Shown here piece after piece: positions 1 through 9,319 of a stretch of DNA of 34,270 nucleotides. This stretch comes from Candidatus Oleincola secundus. GTDB taxonomy: Bacteria > Atribacterota > Phoenicimicrobiia > Phoenicimicrobiales > Stramentimicrobiaceae. The notes beneath the pieces are model-generated. The model was given only the letters and a program-made list of their open reading frames with translations. It was not told the DNA's origin and ran no database searches. Each line of letters starts with the position of its first letter. Position 1 is the first letter of the stretch. Made by a program: the position numbers and the translations under genes. The DNA is taken from assembly GCA_018400815.1 (NCBI GenBank), contig JAGYLS010000012.1:1-34270 (forward strand), written 5' to 3'.

Positions 1-1137
1 ATACATCTCAAAAGTAGTATTTCCTCCATAAAACTGACGGGCGTAAATTCCTTTTTTTATATCATTGAATAAATCCCTGTAAGGAGTTTTTCCTTGCTCT
101 ATATAAGTATTAGTCATTCTAACAATTGGTTTAAAATGATAGCTTATTGCCCTGGCATTTCCGGTAAGTTCTTCTTCCATCCTGGCGGAAGTTTCTCGGG
201 AATGAAGGCGACCGGAAAGGATACCTTCTTTGATTAAATAATTTTTTCTGGTGAGTACACCTTCGTCATCATATTTCGAAGAACCTAATAAACCGGGCAA
301 AGAACCATCATCAACAACATTAAGCTCTGAGGTCCCGACCCTTTTCCCCAATTTCATTAAACTTTGCATCCTGGGGTCTTCATATAAAAAATCTGCTTCA
401 CTCAGATGACCAAAGGCTTCATGAATAAACACACCAGCAAGAATCGGATCAAGAATTACTGTATACTCCCCACCCTGAACCGAAGAAGCTTTTAGCAAAT
501 TTACAGCTCTTTGAGCTGTCTTTTGTGCTATGGGAGAAAGTTGTTCAGCAGAATCATACCCCTTTATACTGCCTGTGCTCTCCTGAGCTATTTGCACATC
601 ATCACCATTGCGGGCAATTGCAGTAAAATGAACACTCAAATAAGGTCTTTCGTGTTGAATATAAGTACCTTCGGAATTGGCAAAATAAACAGTTGTATAC
701 CGATCAGCATAATTCACAGTAGAAGACTGTATTTTGGAATTATAGTTTATCATAATATTGCTATATTGTTTCATCATGGCTGCTTTTTCTTTTAAGCTTA
801 TTTTTCTAAAATCGCGACCACATTCTGCTTGCAGATATTCAACTGCCGGTTCTGTCTCAGTAAGATGGCTTGTCTGATTACCGATCAATGTAGCAATTTC
901 TATAGCTTGTTTTGTTTTATTTTTTAAATCATCCCAACCATTAAAGGTAACAAAACCCCATTTTCCTTTCACCAGGGCTCTGACATTGCCTCCCATCTCC
1001 TGGGAACTGCTTATTTTCTCCATATCCTTGCCCTGAAAACGAATATGGGTAGATTCATAGTTCTCCAAACGAATTTCAATATAATCTGCCTTCTGGCTCT
1101 TCTGACTGTTAAGTGCTTCGGTTAATCTATTACGCAT
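1..1137 (-). CDS. tldD: TldD-family metalloprotease, 3' end truncated by the window edge; missing from the ORF track
   Basis: Hand translation from ATG at 1137 (RBS CAGGAGG) gives MRNRLTEALNSQKSQKADYIEIRLE...GGNVRALVKGKWGF...AGVFIHEAFGHLSEADF...PIVRMTNTYI. HExxGH and RMxNT are TldD motifs. Confidence 0.92.
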   Translation of the reverse strand, partial: MRNRLTEALNSQKSQKADYIEIRLENYESTHIRFQGKDMEKISSSQEMGGNVRALVKGKWGFVTFNGWDDLKNKTKQAIEIATLIGNQTSHLTETEPAVEYLQAECGRDFRKISLKEKAAMMKQYSNIMINYNSKIQSSTVNYADRYTTVYFANSEGTYIQHERPYLSVHFTAIARNGDDVQIAQESTGSIKGYDSAEQLSPIAQKTAQRAVNLLKASSVQGGEYTVILDPILAGVFIHEAFGHLSEADFLYEDPRMQSLMKLGKRVGTSELNVVDDGSLPGLLGSSKYDDEGVLTRKNYLIKEGILSGRLHSRETSARMEEELTGNARAISYHFKPIVRMTNTYIEQGKTPYRDLFNDIKKGIYARQFYGGNTTFEMY

Positions 1138-1214
1138 ATGCTTCCTCCTGTCTCACTTTAATTGCATATCACTAAATTTTAATTTTATTTAATATATCAT
1201 ATTTATTTAATTTA

Positions 1215-1973
1215 CTATTCTATTTCTTCTTTATCTCTTACAGTACTATCTTCCATAATATTCTGTTCGGCCAGGTATATAGAGCGTTCTAACCACCAGA
1301 CCCATCCACTCCATTTGTTGTCTATATTTTTATTCTGATCTTTTAGGGTAATCAGGCCATTGATTTTGGCATCAGTGTCATCCGCATAAAAAAGGGCAAT
1401 AGCCGGAAGGATGCTGGGTAATTTGGGAGACCCGAATTCAAACTTGCCATGATGGCTTAAGATAGTATGTTTTATCATGATTGCCAAATCTTCCGGAAAA
1501 TCAGAAATCTGTTTAATCTTTTCCTGAATCATTTCCGTTCCTATAATGATATGGCCAATCAATCTCCCCTTATCAGTATGTTCAATTGTTCCGTTAAGCT
1601 GGTATTCCTCAATCTTTCCAATATCATGAAGAAGAGCTGCGGTGATTAAAAAATCCCGATTAACCTGGGGATGAATATGACAAATAGCCTCACAAATATT
1701 AGCAACATTAAGGGTATGTTCAGCCAATCCTCCGATATAAGCCTGATGTAATTTTTTAGCTGCCGGTGCTTTTTTAAATTTTCCCCTGAATATCATATCA
1801 TCAAAAAAAGAAACCAATAAATTTTTTAGATATTGATTGTTAATTGAAGCAATTTTCCCATCAATTGCCTGCATTAATTGTTCAATATTTCTCTCTGTAG
1901 AAGGAATAAAATCTTCCGCACGAGATTCAGGTGCTTCTTTTAATGATTTGATGCTCATTTCTGCATTGGCCAT
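1215..1973 (-). CDS. yhaM: HD-domain 3'-5' exoribonuclease, YhaM family (HD part; OB fold detached upstream)
   Basis: Motifs PAAKKLHQAYIGGLAEHTL, LLHDIGKIEEY, GRLIGHI and HTILSHHGKFEFGSPKLP. Confidence 0.88.
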   Translation of the reverse strand: MANAEMSIKSLKEAPESRAEDFIPSTERNIEQLMQAIDGKIASINNQYLKNLLVSFFDDMIFRGKFKKAPAAKKLHQAYIGGLAEHTLNVANICEAICHIHPQVNRDFLITAALLHDIGKIEEYQLNGTIEHTDKGRLIGHIIIGTEMIQEKIKQISDFPEDLAIMIKHTILSHHGKFEFGSPKLPSILPAIALFYADDTDAKINGLITLKDQNKNIDNKWSGWVWWLERSIYLAEQNIMEDSTVRDKEEIE

Positions 1974-2214
1974 TGTTTCTCTTTTTTTTATAACTTGTCA
2001 TTTACAATCAGGGCACAAGTTTTATTTTCTATCCTTTTGAGTTCCCCAGTAGATATATCCCAATAATTACCTCTATTTCACCACTCTTATCAGCGATTTT
2101 TAAAAAACCATCCACCGTTTCACCATTTCTTCTTAACCTGAATTCCAAGCATAACGATATAGAATGCTTCTTTAGTCCTAATTCTAAATCAATAATTCTT
2201 TTTTTGTTATTCAA
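1974..2214 (-). pseudogene. Frameshifted N-terminal OB-fold segment of yhaM
   Basis: ORF 2029..2214 reads ...LKIADKSGEIEVII. Restoring two single bases (ATT[T]GG, AATG[G]ACAA) gives IIWDISTGELKRIENKTCALIVNGQVIKKRETMANAE, in frame with the HD ORF. Confidence 0.65.
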
Positions 2215-2240
2215 TTTAATAACCTCTCGCTCATTACAAA

Positions 2241-2398
2241 TAAATATCGCACCCGCATAGCGGGTGGCTTAAAGATAACTGCCTACTTTAGAGTTCAGGT
2301 GAAAAATTGTCAGATACTTCTCTTCACCTTTTTACGGTAAAACCATTTATTTACCCATTACTACCTTCTTAGAAAATGGTTTTTTATGGTTAAATAAA
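2241..2398 (-). mobile_element. Non-autonomous IS200-like hairpin element, copy 1 (short form)
   Basis: On the + strand it starts TAAATATCGCACCCGCATAGCGGGTGGCTT and ends CCATTACTACCTTCTTAGAAAATGGTTTTTTATGGTTAAATAAA. Shares blocks with four other copies. Confidence 0.75.
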
Positions 2399-2618
2399 GA
2401 GATAACCAAACAATTAGAAATTATTATATACCAAAAACTACTTTTTGAAAACAAAACTGCCAAAAGTCATAGCTCTTCTGAATAATATCAATAATTTAAT
2501 TATAAATTTACAACATTACAGTTGATTTATAGAAGGAAAGTAATTTATTTATATTAAGATTTTTGATAGGAATATATCTTTTACAAAAAATATAAACTTC
2601 AAAAGTAAGAGATTTTTC

Positions 2619-2646
2619 TTGACAAGCTATCAATTTTATCTATCCT
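2619..2646 (+). promoter_or_regulatory. Possible sigma70 promoter upstream of the tRNA-like remnant
   Basis: TTGACA-N16-TATCCT. Confidence 0.35.
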
Positions 2647-2685
2647 AATAAAGTGATAATTCCGACTGGTTTCCTGTTGAATTAA

Positions 2686-2770
2686 CTAATGACGGCGGAA
2701 TCGGTGGAGTACTGCGTTCCGGGGCGTAGTAGGTCTTGCACTGTGGGGTTCAAATCCCCTTCATTTTACA
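2686..2770 (+). pseudogene. Degenerate tRNA-Leu-like gene (type II tRNA)
   Basis: GGCGGAATCGGTGGA D-arm-like block; CTGCG/CGTAG anticodon stem with 8-nt loop TTCCGGGG; variable-arm-length spacer; GGGG-TTCAAAT-CCCC T arm; partial acceptor stem AATGA/TCATT; no CCA. Confidence 0.7.
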
Positions 2771-2794
2771 ATCAATTTTTACTTTAACTTTGAT

Positions 2795-3257
2795 TTAATC
2801 CAACTCTGCAAAACTTTGAGTTTCCCAATCATAATGTTTTAATTCACCGAAAACTCAATTCTCAGTCCTTATTTCTCGATGTGTTTTGCTGATAAAGGAG
2901 AAATATGTCCAGAGAGGCCAATTTTTTCCACCTTCAAATCATCTTGGGAATATAATTTGTGAATACAGCCTATCCTTGTGTGCAATCATCTTTTCATTTT
3001 TTTTGATACTCGTTTTCAATATTGTCAATGCATCTGCCCAATAAAGAGATAAATCAACCAAATCAGGTTTTCCTTTATAATCTGATTTATTAATAAGGAA
3101 GATTCAATATTCCTTTGTGAGATTTCAACTCTTCAGTTTTTCCTTAGCATATGATAAACAAACATATGTTCAAGAGCATAATGATTTCTGCTCTTCTTTC
3201 TTACTTTTGCAATAACATATTAATTATTTTTAGTAATAACCTTATTTAAAAAGTCAT
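2795..3257 (-). pseudogene. Heavily eroded ORF remnant of unknown family
   Basis: RBS AAGGTAGGAG followed by ATG, then protein-like fragments in shifting frames (KGKPDLVDLSLYWADAL; DNIENEYQK; VFGELKHYDWETQSFAELD*). Confidence 0.3.
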
Positions 3258-3595
3258 AAATCTATACTCCTACCTTGATTTACATTGTCCGGTTGTTCGA
3301 CATAACAAATTTACGGCAAAAATTGAATTAAGGGTCTTTTCTAATCCAAAGAATTGGCCACAAAGCAGAGTCTATGTGCAGAGAAGTGATGTCTTTTGTT
3401 GTTGTTAGCAGTTTACTCTCAATAAATTTTCAGGCATTTCCTTGAAGTCCTGTGTCTTGTTATTATCCAGAAGTCATTTACATAATTTTCAGAGTTTTTG
3501 AAATTTTTCTTGTTAGTTACTTTATAATATGATATTTTGGTATTCAATGTCATATGATCCCAAAAATATATAATTAGTCAAGAGATAGAAATTAT

Positions 3596-3867
3596 ATGGG
3601 GAATATGGTTTCTGCTTACTGGCTCCAGGAGCATATTGATGATGAAAATATTGTCATTATCGATTGCCGTTTTACAGTCTATCTGAGCTATGGAGCTGGC
3701 TTGAAACAGACCAGGAAATCATCTACTCTATTGCGGTTCACAGGTATTGCAGCAAGTATTGTTCTTGCCTTGGATGAACTGGGTTATTCTCCCAAACTTT
3801 TTATATGTAGGAGGATTTATTGACTGGATTGAATTTATAAAAATAATCAGGTAGAGAAAGAATGTAA
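3596..3867 (+). pseudogene. Rhodanese/sulfurtransferase (SseA-like) remnant with a large internal deletion and frameshifts
   Basis: N-terminus MVSAYWLQEHIDDENIVIIDCRF. C-terminal pieces LYCGS, GIAASIVLALDELGYSPKL and YVGGFIDW lie in different frames. Confidence 0.75.
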
Positions 3868-4000
3868 ATTCTCTACAAATATAAAATTAATATAATAAAT
3901 ATAATTCTATAGTGAAAATCTTTTAAATATATTAGAGTAAAAATTTGGTTGGAAAGAAAAGTTTTTAAATAAAATTTTAAAATGTTCAGGGAGGGATAAA

Positions 4001-4096
4001 ATGTATCAAAGCTTTTGTCTGATTTGCCTTGCCGGTATTTTTATTATCTTGTTTTTTCATTTTTCAAGCCCTGTTAATTTTCTATGTGCCAAATAA
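4001..4096 (+). CDS. Putative 31-aa hydrophobic small protein, or a signal-peptide remnant
   Basis: RBS GGGAGG; MYQSFCLICLAGIFIILFFHFSSPVNFLCAK*; followed directly by a hairpin. Confidence 0.3.
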   Translation: MYQSFCLICLAGIFIILFFHFSSPVNFLCAK

Positions 4097-4098
4097 TG

Positions 4099-4129
4099 AA
4101 AGCCCTCTAATTTTTTATACTGGGGGTTT
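4099..4129. terminator. Hairpin, possible bidirectional terminator
   Basis: AAAGCCCTC...GGGGGTTT imperfect stem between convergent units. Confidence 0.4.
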
Positions 4130-4162
4130 GTGTTTATTCAAAACAATTCAACTGAAAAGGCT

Positions 4163-4426
4163 TCAATAGCGTCTTCTGTATCGTTAAAATCTACTTCTGG
4201 GTTTTTGTGGTCTGGCTTCATGTTTTAATGGACGACCATTAGCTCGGTATCATTCAAAAGCTATCTTGGCTTCAGCTTCTTCTGAAGAAGACATTTCACA
4301 AAACCAAAACCTTTGCCTTCGATAATATTAACACTTTTTACGGTGCCATATTGATTGTAGCTCTTCAAGTTGTTCGTTATTTTTTGGAATAGTTTTAAAT
4401 TTCCGACATGAAGCACACTCTGCCGT
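4163..4426 (-). pseudogene. RRM (RNP-1) RNA-binding protein pseudogene
   Basis: RBS AAGGAGG with start mutated to ACG. Fragments VLHVGNL (RNP-2), NEQLEEL, NQYGTVKSVNIIEGKGFGFV/EM (RNP-1), EEAE and GRPLK.EARPQKPR are split by several indels. Confidence 0.85.
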
Positions 4427-4909
4427 ATCTTTCCCTCCTTTTTTATTATATTTCAAGTAACATTTAATTTAGGGTAAAAGTATAGCAAATATATGGGACT
4501 CTATTTACACATATATATTACTGAGTGATTCTAAATAAAGGAATTGGTTCATAGCCCCTAAAGTGACTACACTAGTATACACTATTTAGGGCTAATGTAA
4601 AATGTTTGTTTAAGCTGAAATTCTAGACTCATATATTTATTTAATATCTATGGTATTTTTTTTCAGTGGTTATATAAATCTTTGGAAGAAGTGATTTAAA
4701 ATAATATCATTTATTAATTTTCTTTAGAATATTGATAATTATTGCCTTGAAAAATAAGATAATTTTAATATCAATATAAATATTATAATATTATTTATAA
4801 TATAATGACAATGTTAATTATTATATTATTATCCACCAGGCATACCCCCAAAAAAAACCAAACATGTTTTGTAATTAAATATTTTTAAATAAATTAAAGG
4901 AGGTTTTTT

Positions 4910-5275
4910 TTGGTTAACATTCCAACAAATTGCCCATCTTGTGGCGCAAGATTAAATATTACTGAATTAAAATGTAATAAGTGCAATACAATTGTTCAGG
5001 GACAATTTCCCATCAATAAATTGATATCACTCCCTGAAGAAGATCGTGATTTTTTAATGACTTTTCTTCGTTCACGTGGAAATATCAAAGAAGTACAGGA
5101 AAGGATGGGAATTTCTTATCCAACAGTAAAGAATAAGCTAGATAAACTGCTATCAGCACTGGGGTTATATGATGAAATTAAATGTCCCAATAGGAATGAA
5201 ATATTGAATGCCCTTAACAATGGAGAAATCTCAACAGAAGAAGCTATCAACCTACTTAAGGAAAATCAATCTTAA
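4910..5275 (+). CDS. DUF2089 family protein (Zn ribbon, HTH, C-terminal SHOCT-like helix)
   Basis: CPSCG...CNKC; RGNIKEVQERMGISYPTVKNKLD; EILNALNNGEISTEEAINLL. TTG start with RBS AAGGAGG. Confidence 0.85.
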   Translation: MVNIPTNCPSCGARLNITELKCNKCNTIVQGQFPINKLISLPEEDRDFLMTFLRSRGNIKEVQERMGISYPTVKNKLDKLLSALGLYDEIKCPNRNEILNALNNGEISTEEAINLLKENQS

Positions 5276-5302
5276 TTAAAAAATATGAGGAGAAAAAATT
5301 AA

Positions 5303-5689
5303 ATGAAAGAAGAAATTAAACAGGTAATGGATATGTTAAAAGAGGGGAAAATTAGTAATGATGAGGCTATTAATTTGATTGATGCTCTTAAATCGTCAGA
5401 AAAAGAGCAGGAACAGCTTCCTGTCGGCAAGCAAAAAAGATTTATAAAAGTAAATGTAACCAGAAATAATCAGCCAAAGGTTAATGTAAAAATTCCTTTT
5501 AGCCTGGTTAAGTGGGGAATCAATATCGCCAATAAAATGGGTAAAGATACCGTTAAAATTGGTGGAGAAGATATTCCTTTTGATATGGAAGAACTCAACA
5601 GAGCCATGAATGATCCTGAATTTTCCGGTAAGATATGTGATGTACATGACGAGGAAAAAAACGAACATATCGAGATCGAAATTGTGTAA
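5303..5689 (+). CDS. SHOCT-like domain protein, typical DUF2089 partner
   Basis: EEIKQVMDMLKEGKISNDEAINLIDAL, then KVNVKIPFSLV and a C-terminal DEEKNEHIEIEIV. Confidence 0.75.
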   Translation: MKEEIKQVMDMLKEGKISNDEAINLIDALKSSEKEQEQLPVGKQKRFIKVNVTRNNQPKVNVKIPFSLVKWGINIANKMGKDTVKIGGEDIPFDMEELNRAMNDPEFSGKICDVHDEEKNEHIEIEIV

Positions 5690-5715
5690 AAAAATAAGGG
5701 GTTAGGTTCATCTTT

Positions 5716-6903
5716 TTATTCTACGGCAGTATTTGTCAGTCCAGATAATACCGACACCCTTACAATGATACCCAATAATTTTTTATTCTCATCAACCACT
5801 GCAATAGGATATTTGCTTTCAATTGCCTTAGGAATTAAATCCTGAACATAAGCTTCTTCATCTGCGGTAAAATAATCCTGTTTTATAATATCAGCTAACT
5901 TTTTCTTAGTTTTAACTGCTTCAACAGCATCGTCAATAGTTACAATACCTTCCAGTTTTCGTTTGTCACCCACCACAAAAACACTGGAAATCCCATTTGA
6001 TTCCATTTCTTTAATGGCAACTTTAAGGCCATGTGTCAAACTTACTAAGCCCCCCGGTTTAAACATGATATGTTTTGCCTGTAGAACTCTGGAACGGTCG
6101 ATATCGCGAACAAAATCCTCTATATAGGCATTGGAAGGATTATTTAAAATATCTTCAGGAACACCTATCTGTACAATCTCGGCATCCTTCATCACCGCTA
6201 CCCGGTCACCAAGTTTGAAAGCTTCATTAACATCGTGGGTAATAAAAACGATGGTTTTTTTTAGTTTAGATTGAATATCCAGCAATTCCAGCTGCATATC
6301 TCTTCTTATTAATGGATCCAAGGCACTGAAGGGCTCATCCATTAGTAGAATATCGGGGTTAGTGGCCAGAGCTCTGGCTAAACCTACACGTTGTTGCATT
6401 CCACCACTTAACTCGGCAATGTATTTATCTTCCCATCCGGATAAACCTACACCTTCAATTGTTTCCCTGGCAATTTTTCTTCTTTCTTCCAGTGCCATAC
6501 CTTTGACTTCTAAACCATATTCCACGTTACCGAGAACAGTACGATGATTCATTAATCCAAAATTCTGAAAAACCATAGTTGCTTTTTTTTGCCTGAATTC
6601 CCTCAATTTATGATGGTCAAATTTGACAATGTCATCACCATCTATATATATTGCTCCTGAGGTTGGTTCATTTAACATATTTAAACAGCGTATAAGGGTT
6701 GATTTTCCACTACCCGAAAGACCCATAATGACAAACAATTCCCCTTCGTTTACCGAAAAAGAGGCATTTTTGACACCAACAGTGTGACCTGTTTCCTTAA
6801 ATATCTTATCTTTTGATTGTTTTTTCTGCAGTTTTTTTAAGATCTCCTTGGGTCTCTTTCCAAATATTTTGGTCAGATTTTCTACCTTAATCTTTACGCT
6901 CAT
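5716..6903 (-). CDS. proV: Glycine betaine/proline ABC transporter ATP-binding subunit with CBS pair
   Basis: GLSGSGKS, LSGGMQQRVGLARAL, DEPFSALDPLIRRDMQ and C-terminal CBS domains. Confidence 0.95.
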   Translation of the reverse strand: MSVKIKVENLTKIFGKRPKEILKKLQKKQSKDKIFKETGHTVGVKNASFSVNEGELFVIMGLSGSGKSTLIRCLNMLNEPTSGAIYIDGDDIVKFDHHKLREFRQKKATMVFQNFGLMNHRTVLGNVEYGLEVKGMALEERRKIARETIEGVGLSGWEDKYIAELSGGMQQRVGLARALATNPDILLMDEPFSALDPLIRRDMQLELLDIQSKLKKTIVFITHDVNEAFKLGDRVAVMKDAEIVQIGVPEDILNNPSNAYIEDFVRDIDRSRVLQAKHIMFKPGGLVSLTHGLKVAIKEMESNGISSVFVVGDKRKLEGIVTIDDAVEAVKTKKKLADIIKQDYFTADEEAYVQDLIPKAIESKYPIAVVDENKKLLGIIVRVSVLSGLTNTAVE

Positions 6904-6940
6904 TCACAGCTCCTTTAAATCTTTATATTGATTCAGACAA

Positions 6941-7183
6941 TAAATATCGCACCCGCGTAGCGGGTGGCTTTCAGAACCTCTAAAAGAGGCTTAACCTTTT
7001 ATTGGTTAGTATTTCTTTTGCTTTTTTGTCATATTTTAACTGAATATTTCTAAGCATGAGAAATGTTTGCTTTGGACAACAGGTGAAAAATTGTCAGATA
7101 GCTTCTCTTGCTCTTTTTTTATGGTAAAACAAATTTAACCATTACCACCTTCTAAGAAGGTGATTTTTCATGGTTAAATAAAA
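6941..7183 (-). mobile_element. Non-autonomous IS200-like element, copy 2, between proW and proV
   Basis: CACCCGCGTAGCGGGTG hairpin, CCTCTAAAAGAGG hairpin, AGGTGAAAAATTGTCAGATA block and terminal ACCACCTTCTAAGAAGGTG hairpin. Confidence 0.78.
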
Positions 7184-7201
7184 TTATAATTATATTTTCG
7201 A

Positions 7202-8065
7202 TTATTTAGGAAATTTATATTTATTAGCTATACTTTGGGTTATTCTGTCAATAGTTATAGCCAAAATAACAATACTAATTCCGGCTTCAAAACCCAATCC
7301 AATATCTATCCGGTTAATTGCCTGTAAAACATTTAACCCCAGCCCTCTTGCACCTATCATTGATGAAATAACCACCATGGCCATAGCCATCATAGTAGTC
7401 TGGTTAATTCCCATCATAATGGTAGGAAAAGCCTGAGGTAATTCTATTTTGGTCAATATTTGCCAGGTTGTGGAACCAAAGGCATGCCCCGCCTCCACCA
7501 TCTCTTTAGAAACACCGTTTATAGCCAGGGTAGTCAATCGAATTGCCGGGGGTGTAGAATAGATAACTGTAGCAAAAACAGCAGGCACGCTTCCGAGGCC
7601 AAAAAGCATTATCGCCGGTATCAAATAAACAAAGCTGGGCATGGTCTGCATACCATCAAGAATAGGCCTGACTATGCTCTCCATTCTTTCATTGTATGCA
7701 ACCATAATTCCCAAAGGTACACCAATAATACAAGCAATAATTACTGAAACTAACACAATGGATAATGTTAACATCATTTCATCCCACAAGCCCATAATCC
7801 CAATTGTAAAAATTAGAACGGTAAATGTTACCCCCGATTTCCAGTTTTTAATTTTCCAGCCTAATATAAATATAAATATAAGAACAATTGGCCAGGGTAT
7901 CCAGAGAAACAAATCTCTGGTTTGCAATAAGAACCATAAAATTCCACCCTTGATTGCGTCAAAGAAAGGGGCATAATTTTGAACTAGCCATCTGACAAAA
8001 TTACCAACATGTTGGCCTAAATTGAGTTGCCATGTTTCGGGAAAATCAAAAAACATTTTTATCAT
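7202..8065 (-). CDS. proW: Glycine betaine/proline ABC transporter permease
   Basis: RPILDGMQTMPSFVYLIP, EAGHAFGST (EAA loop) and GINQTTMMAMAMVVISSMIGARGLG. Confidence 0.95.
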   Translation of the reverse strand: MIKMFFDFPETWQLNLGQHVGNFVRWLVQNYAPFFDAIKGGILWFLLQTRDLFLWIPWPIVLIFIFILGWKIKNWKSGVTFTVLIFTIGIMGLWDEMMLTLSIVLVSVIIACIIGVPLGIMVAYNERMESIVRPILDGMQTMPSFVYLIPAIMLFGLGSVPAVFATVIYSTPPAIRLTTLAINGVSKEMVEAGHAFGSTTWQILTKIELPQAFPTIMMGINQTTMMAMAMVVISSMIGARGLGLNVLQAINRIDIGLGFEAGISIVILAITIDRITQSIANKYKFPK

Positions 8066-8162
8066 ATTAAAACGATATTACCTGCACAGATTAATTAAAG
8101 CAGGCAAATTCCTTTCTGTATTTTTTTATACTAGGGATCAACCTCATATAAAACAATAATCT

Positions 8163-8208
8163 AGTATAGGTTGTTTAAATCATAAATTTAAATTAAACAA
8201 CCTATACT
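8163..8208. terminator. 16-bp stem-loop after proX (partial terminator or mRNA stabiliser)
   Basis: AGTATAGGTTGTTTAA ... TTAAACAACCTATACT perfect inverted repeat. Confidence 0.6.
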
Positions 8209-8248
8209 TATACTTAAATTATACTATTTATAACAATTCCCTGCAAAA

Positions 8249-9253
8249 TTAGAGAGAATTCTTCACTTTCTGGGCTACATCTTCGGAAACCCATTGGGTC
8301 CAGACATCTTCCCTATTCTTTAAGAACCATATTGCTGCATCTTTTTCGTCAGTTTCATTTTCCATCATATAAGCAAGAGCCTCATTGGTTAACTGTTCAG
8401 TAGTATGGTATCTGCTCAAAAATTCTGCTAATTCGGGAGCTCCTTCTACAAAATCTGCGTTTGCAGCGATAGCAATTTCCATAGCTTCAAATTCACAGGC
8501 ATAACCATTATTCCATAATTCTTCACTATAAGGTTCATCTTCCAGTAAAGTCATATCTAACATACCCATAATCCAGGTTGGTTCCCAATAATAAGCAACG
8601 ATAGACTCCCCTCTATCATAAGCTGACACAATTGCTGCAGCTAATGCAGTGTCTGAACCAGGGCTGAAGTAATTATAGTACTCATCCAGGCCATAAGTTT
8701 CAACCTTAGTACGTAATATCTCATCTACTGCCCAACCTGGAGGTGAACCATAAATTCTACCCTTGGTTGGATCTTCTTCATCTTCGAAAACCTGCCAGTA
8801 ATTTTTTAAATCTTTGACCGTTTGCAATTCGGGAGCTATAGGTTCTATATTTCTTTTCGCATCTCCTTCTATAACATAGGTTGGCACATAAAATCCCTGG
8901 GTATTACCATCAAAATTAATACCCACTTCTACAATATCACCGGATTCAAGTGCTTCATTGTAGATTTCAGCAATATTACTGGTCCACATTTCCATCTGCA
9001 CATCGATATCTCCACGGCGCATTCCGGTTAAAACAACTGGAGTTGATGCTGCAATCATTTCATAGGAATAGTCAAAGCCCTCTTCCAAAATAATGCCGGC
9101 AATATGGCTATGAAAACGAATGCTTTCCCAACCGGCATCACCAAAAACAACCGTTTTTTGCGCCACAGCATTTACACTTAGACTTAACACAACTACCATG
9201 ACAACCAAAATGGTTACTAAGAAATTTAAATTATTTTTTTTCAAAAAAATCAC
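8249..9253 (-). CDS. proX: Glycine betaine ABC transporter substrate-binding protein
   Basis: Signal peptide; WESIRFH, EMW, GFYVPTYVI, GSPPGW and YYWEPTW motifs; operon context. Confidence 0.9.
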   Translation of the reverse strand: MIFLKKNNLNFLVTILVVMVVVLSLSVNAVAQKTVVFGDAGWESIRFHSHIAGIILEEGFDYSYEMIAASTPVVLTGMRRGDIDVQMEMWTSNIAEIYNEALESGDIVEVGINFDGNTQGFYVPTYVIEGDAKRNIEPIAPELQTVKDLKNYWQVFEDEEDPTKGRIYGSPPGWAVDEILRTKVETYGLDEYYNYFSPGSDTALAAAIVSAYDRGESIVAYYWEPTWIMGMLDMTLLEDEPYSEELWNNGYACEFEAMEIAIAANADFVEGAPELAEFLSRYHTTEQLTNEALAYMMENETDEKDAAIWFLKNREDVWTQWVSEDVAQKVKNSL

Positions 9254-9319
9254 CTTACCTTTTTTTATTTTATAGTCTATTTTGGATTTATTTTTTGACT
9301 ATATTTATAAACAGAACAG

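Noticed and set aside
511..795. 94-aa + strand ORF
   Set aside because: Antisense shadow of tldD. The same applies to the other short ORFs nested in or opposite long genes (e.g. 1467, 5396, 6362, 7460, 7641, 13506, 14881, 15547, 22419, 28964).
2745..2760. TTCAAAT suggesting a tRNA-Sec anticodon or tmRNA end
   Set aside because: It sits in T-arm position after a Leu-like anticodon arm, with no Sec or tmRNA framework.
3299..3411. attC-like spacing on the minus strand (GCTAAC...GTTATGT) before an RBS
   Set aside because: Poor internal symmetry, single copy, and no integrase in the window.
4552..4594. Imperfect hairpin GCCCCTAAAGTG...CACTATTTAGGGC upstream of the RRM pseudogene
   Set aside because: Single degenerate stem that cannot be assigned a role.
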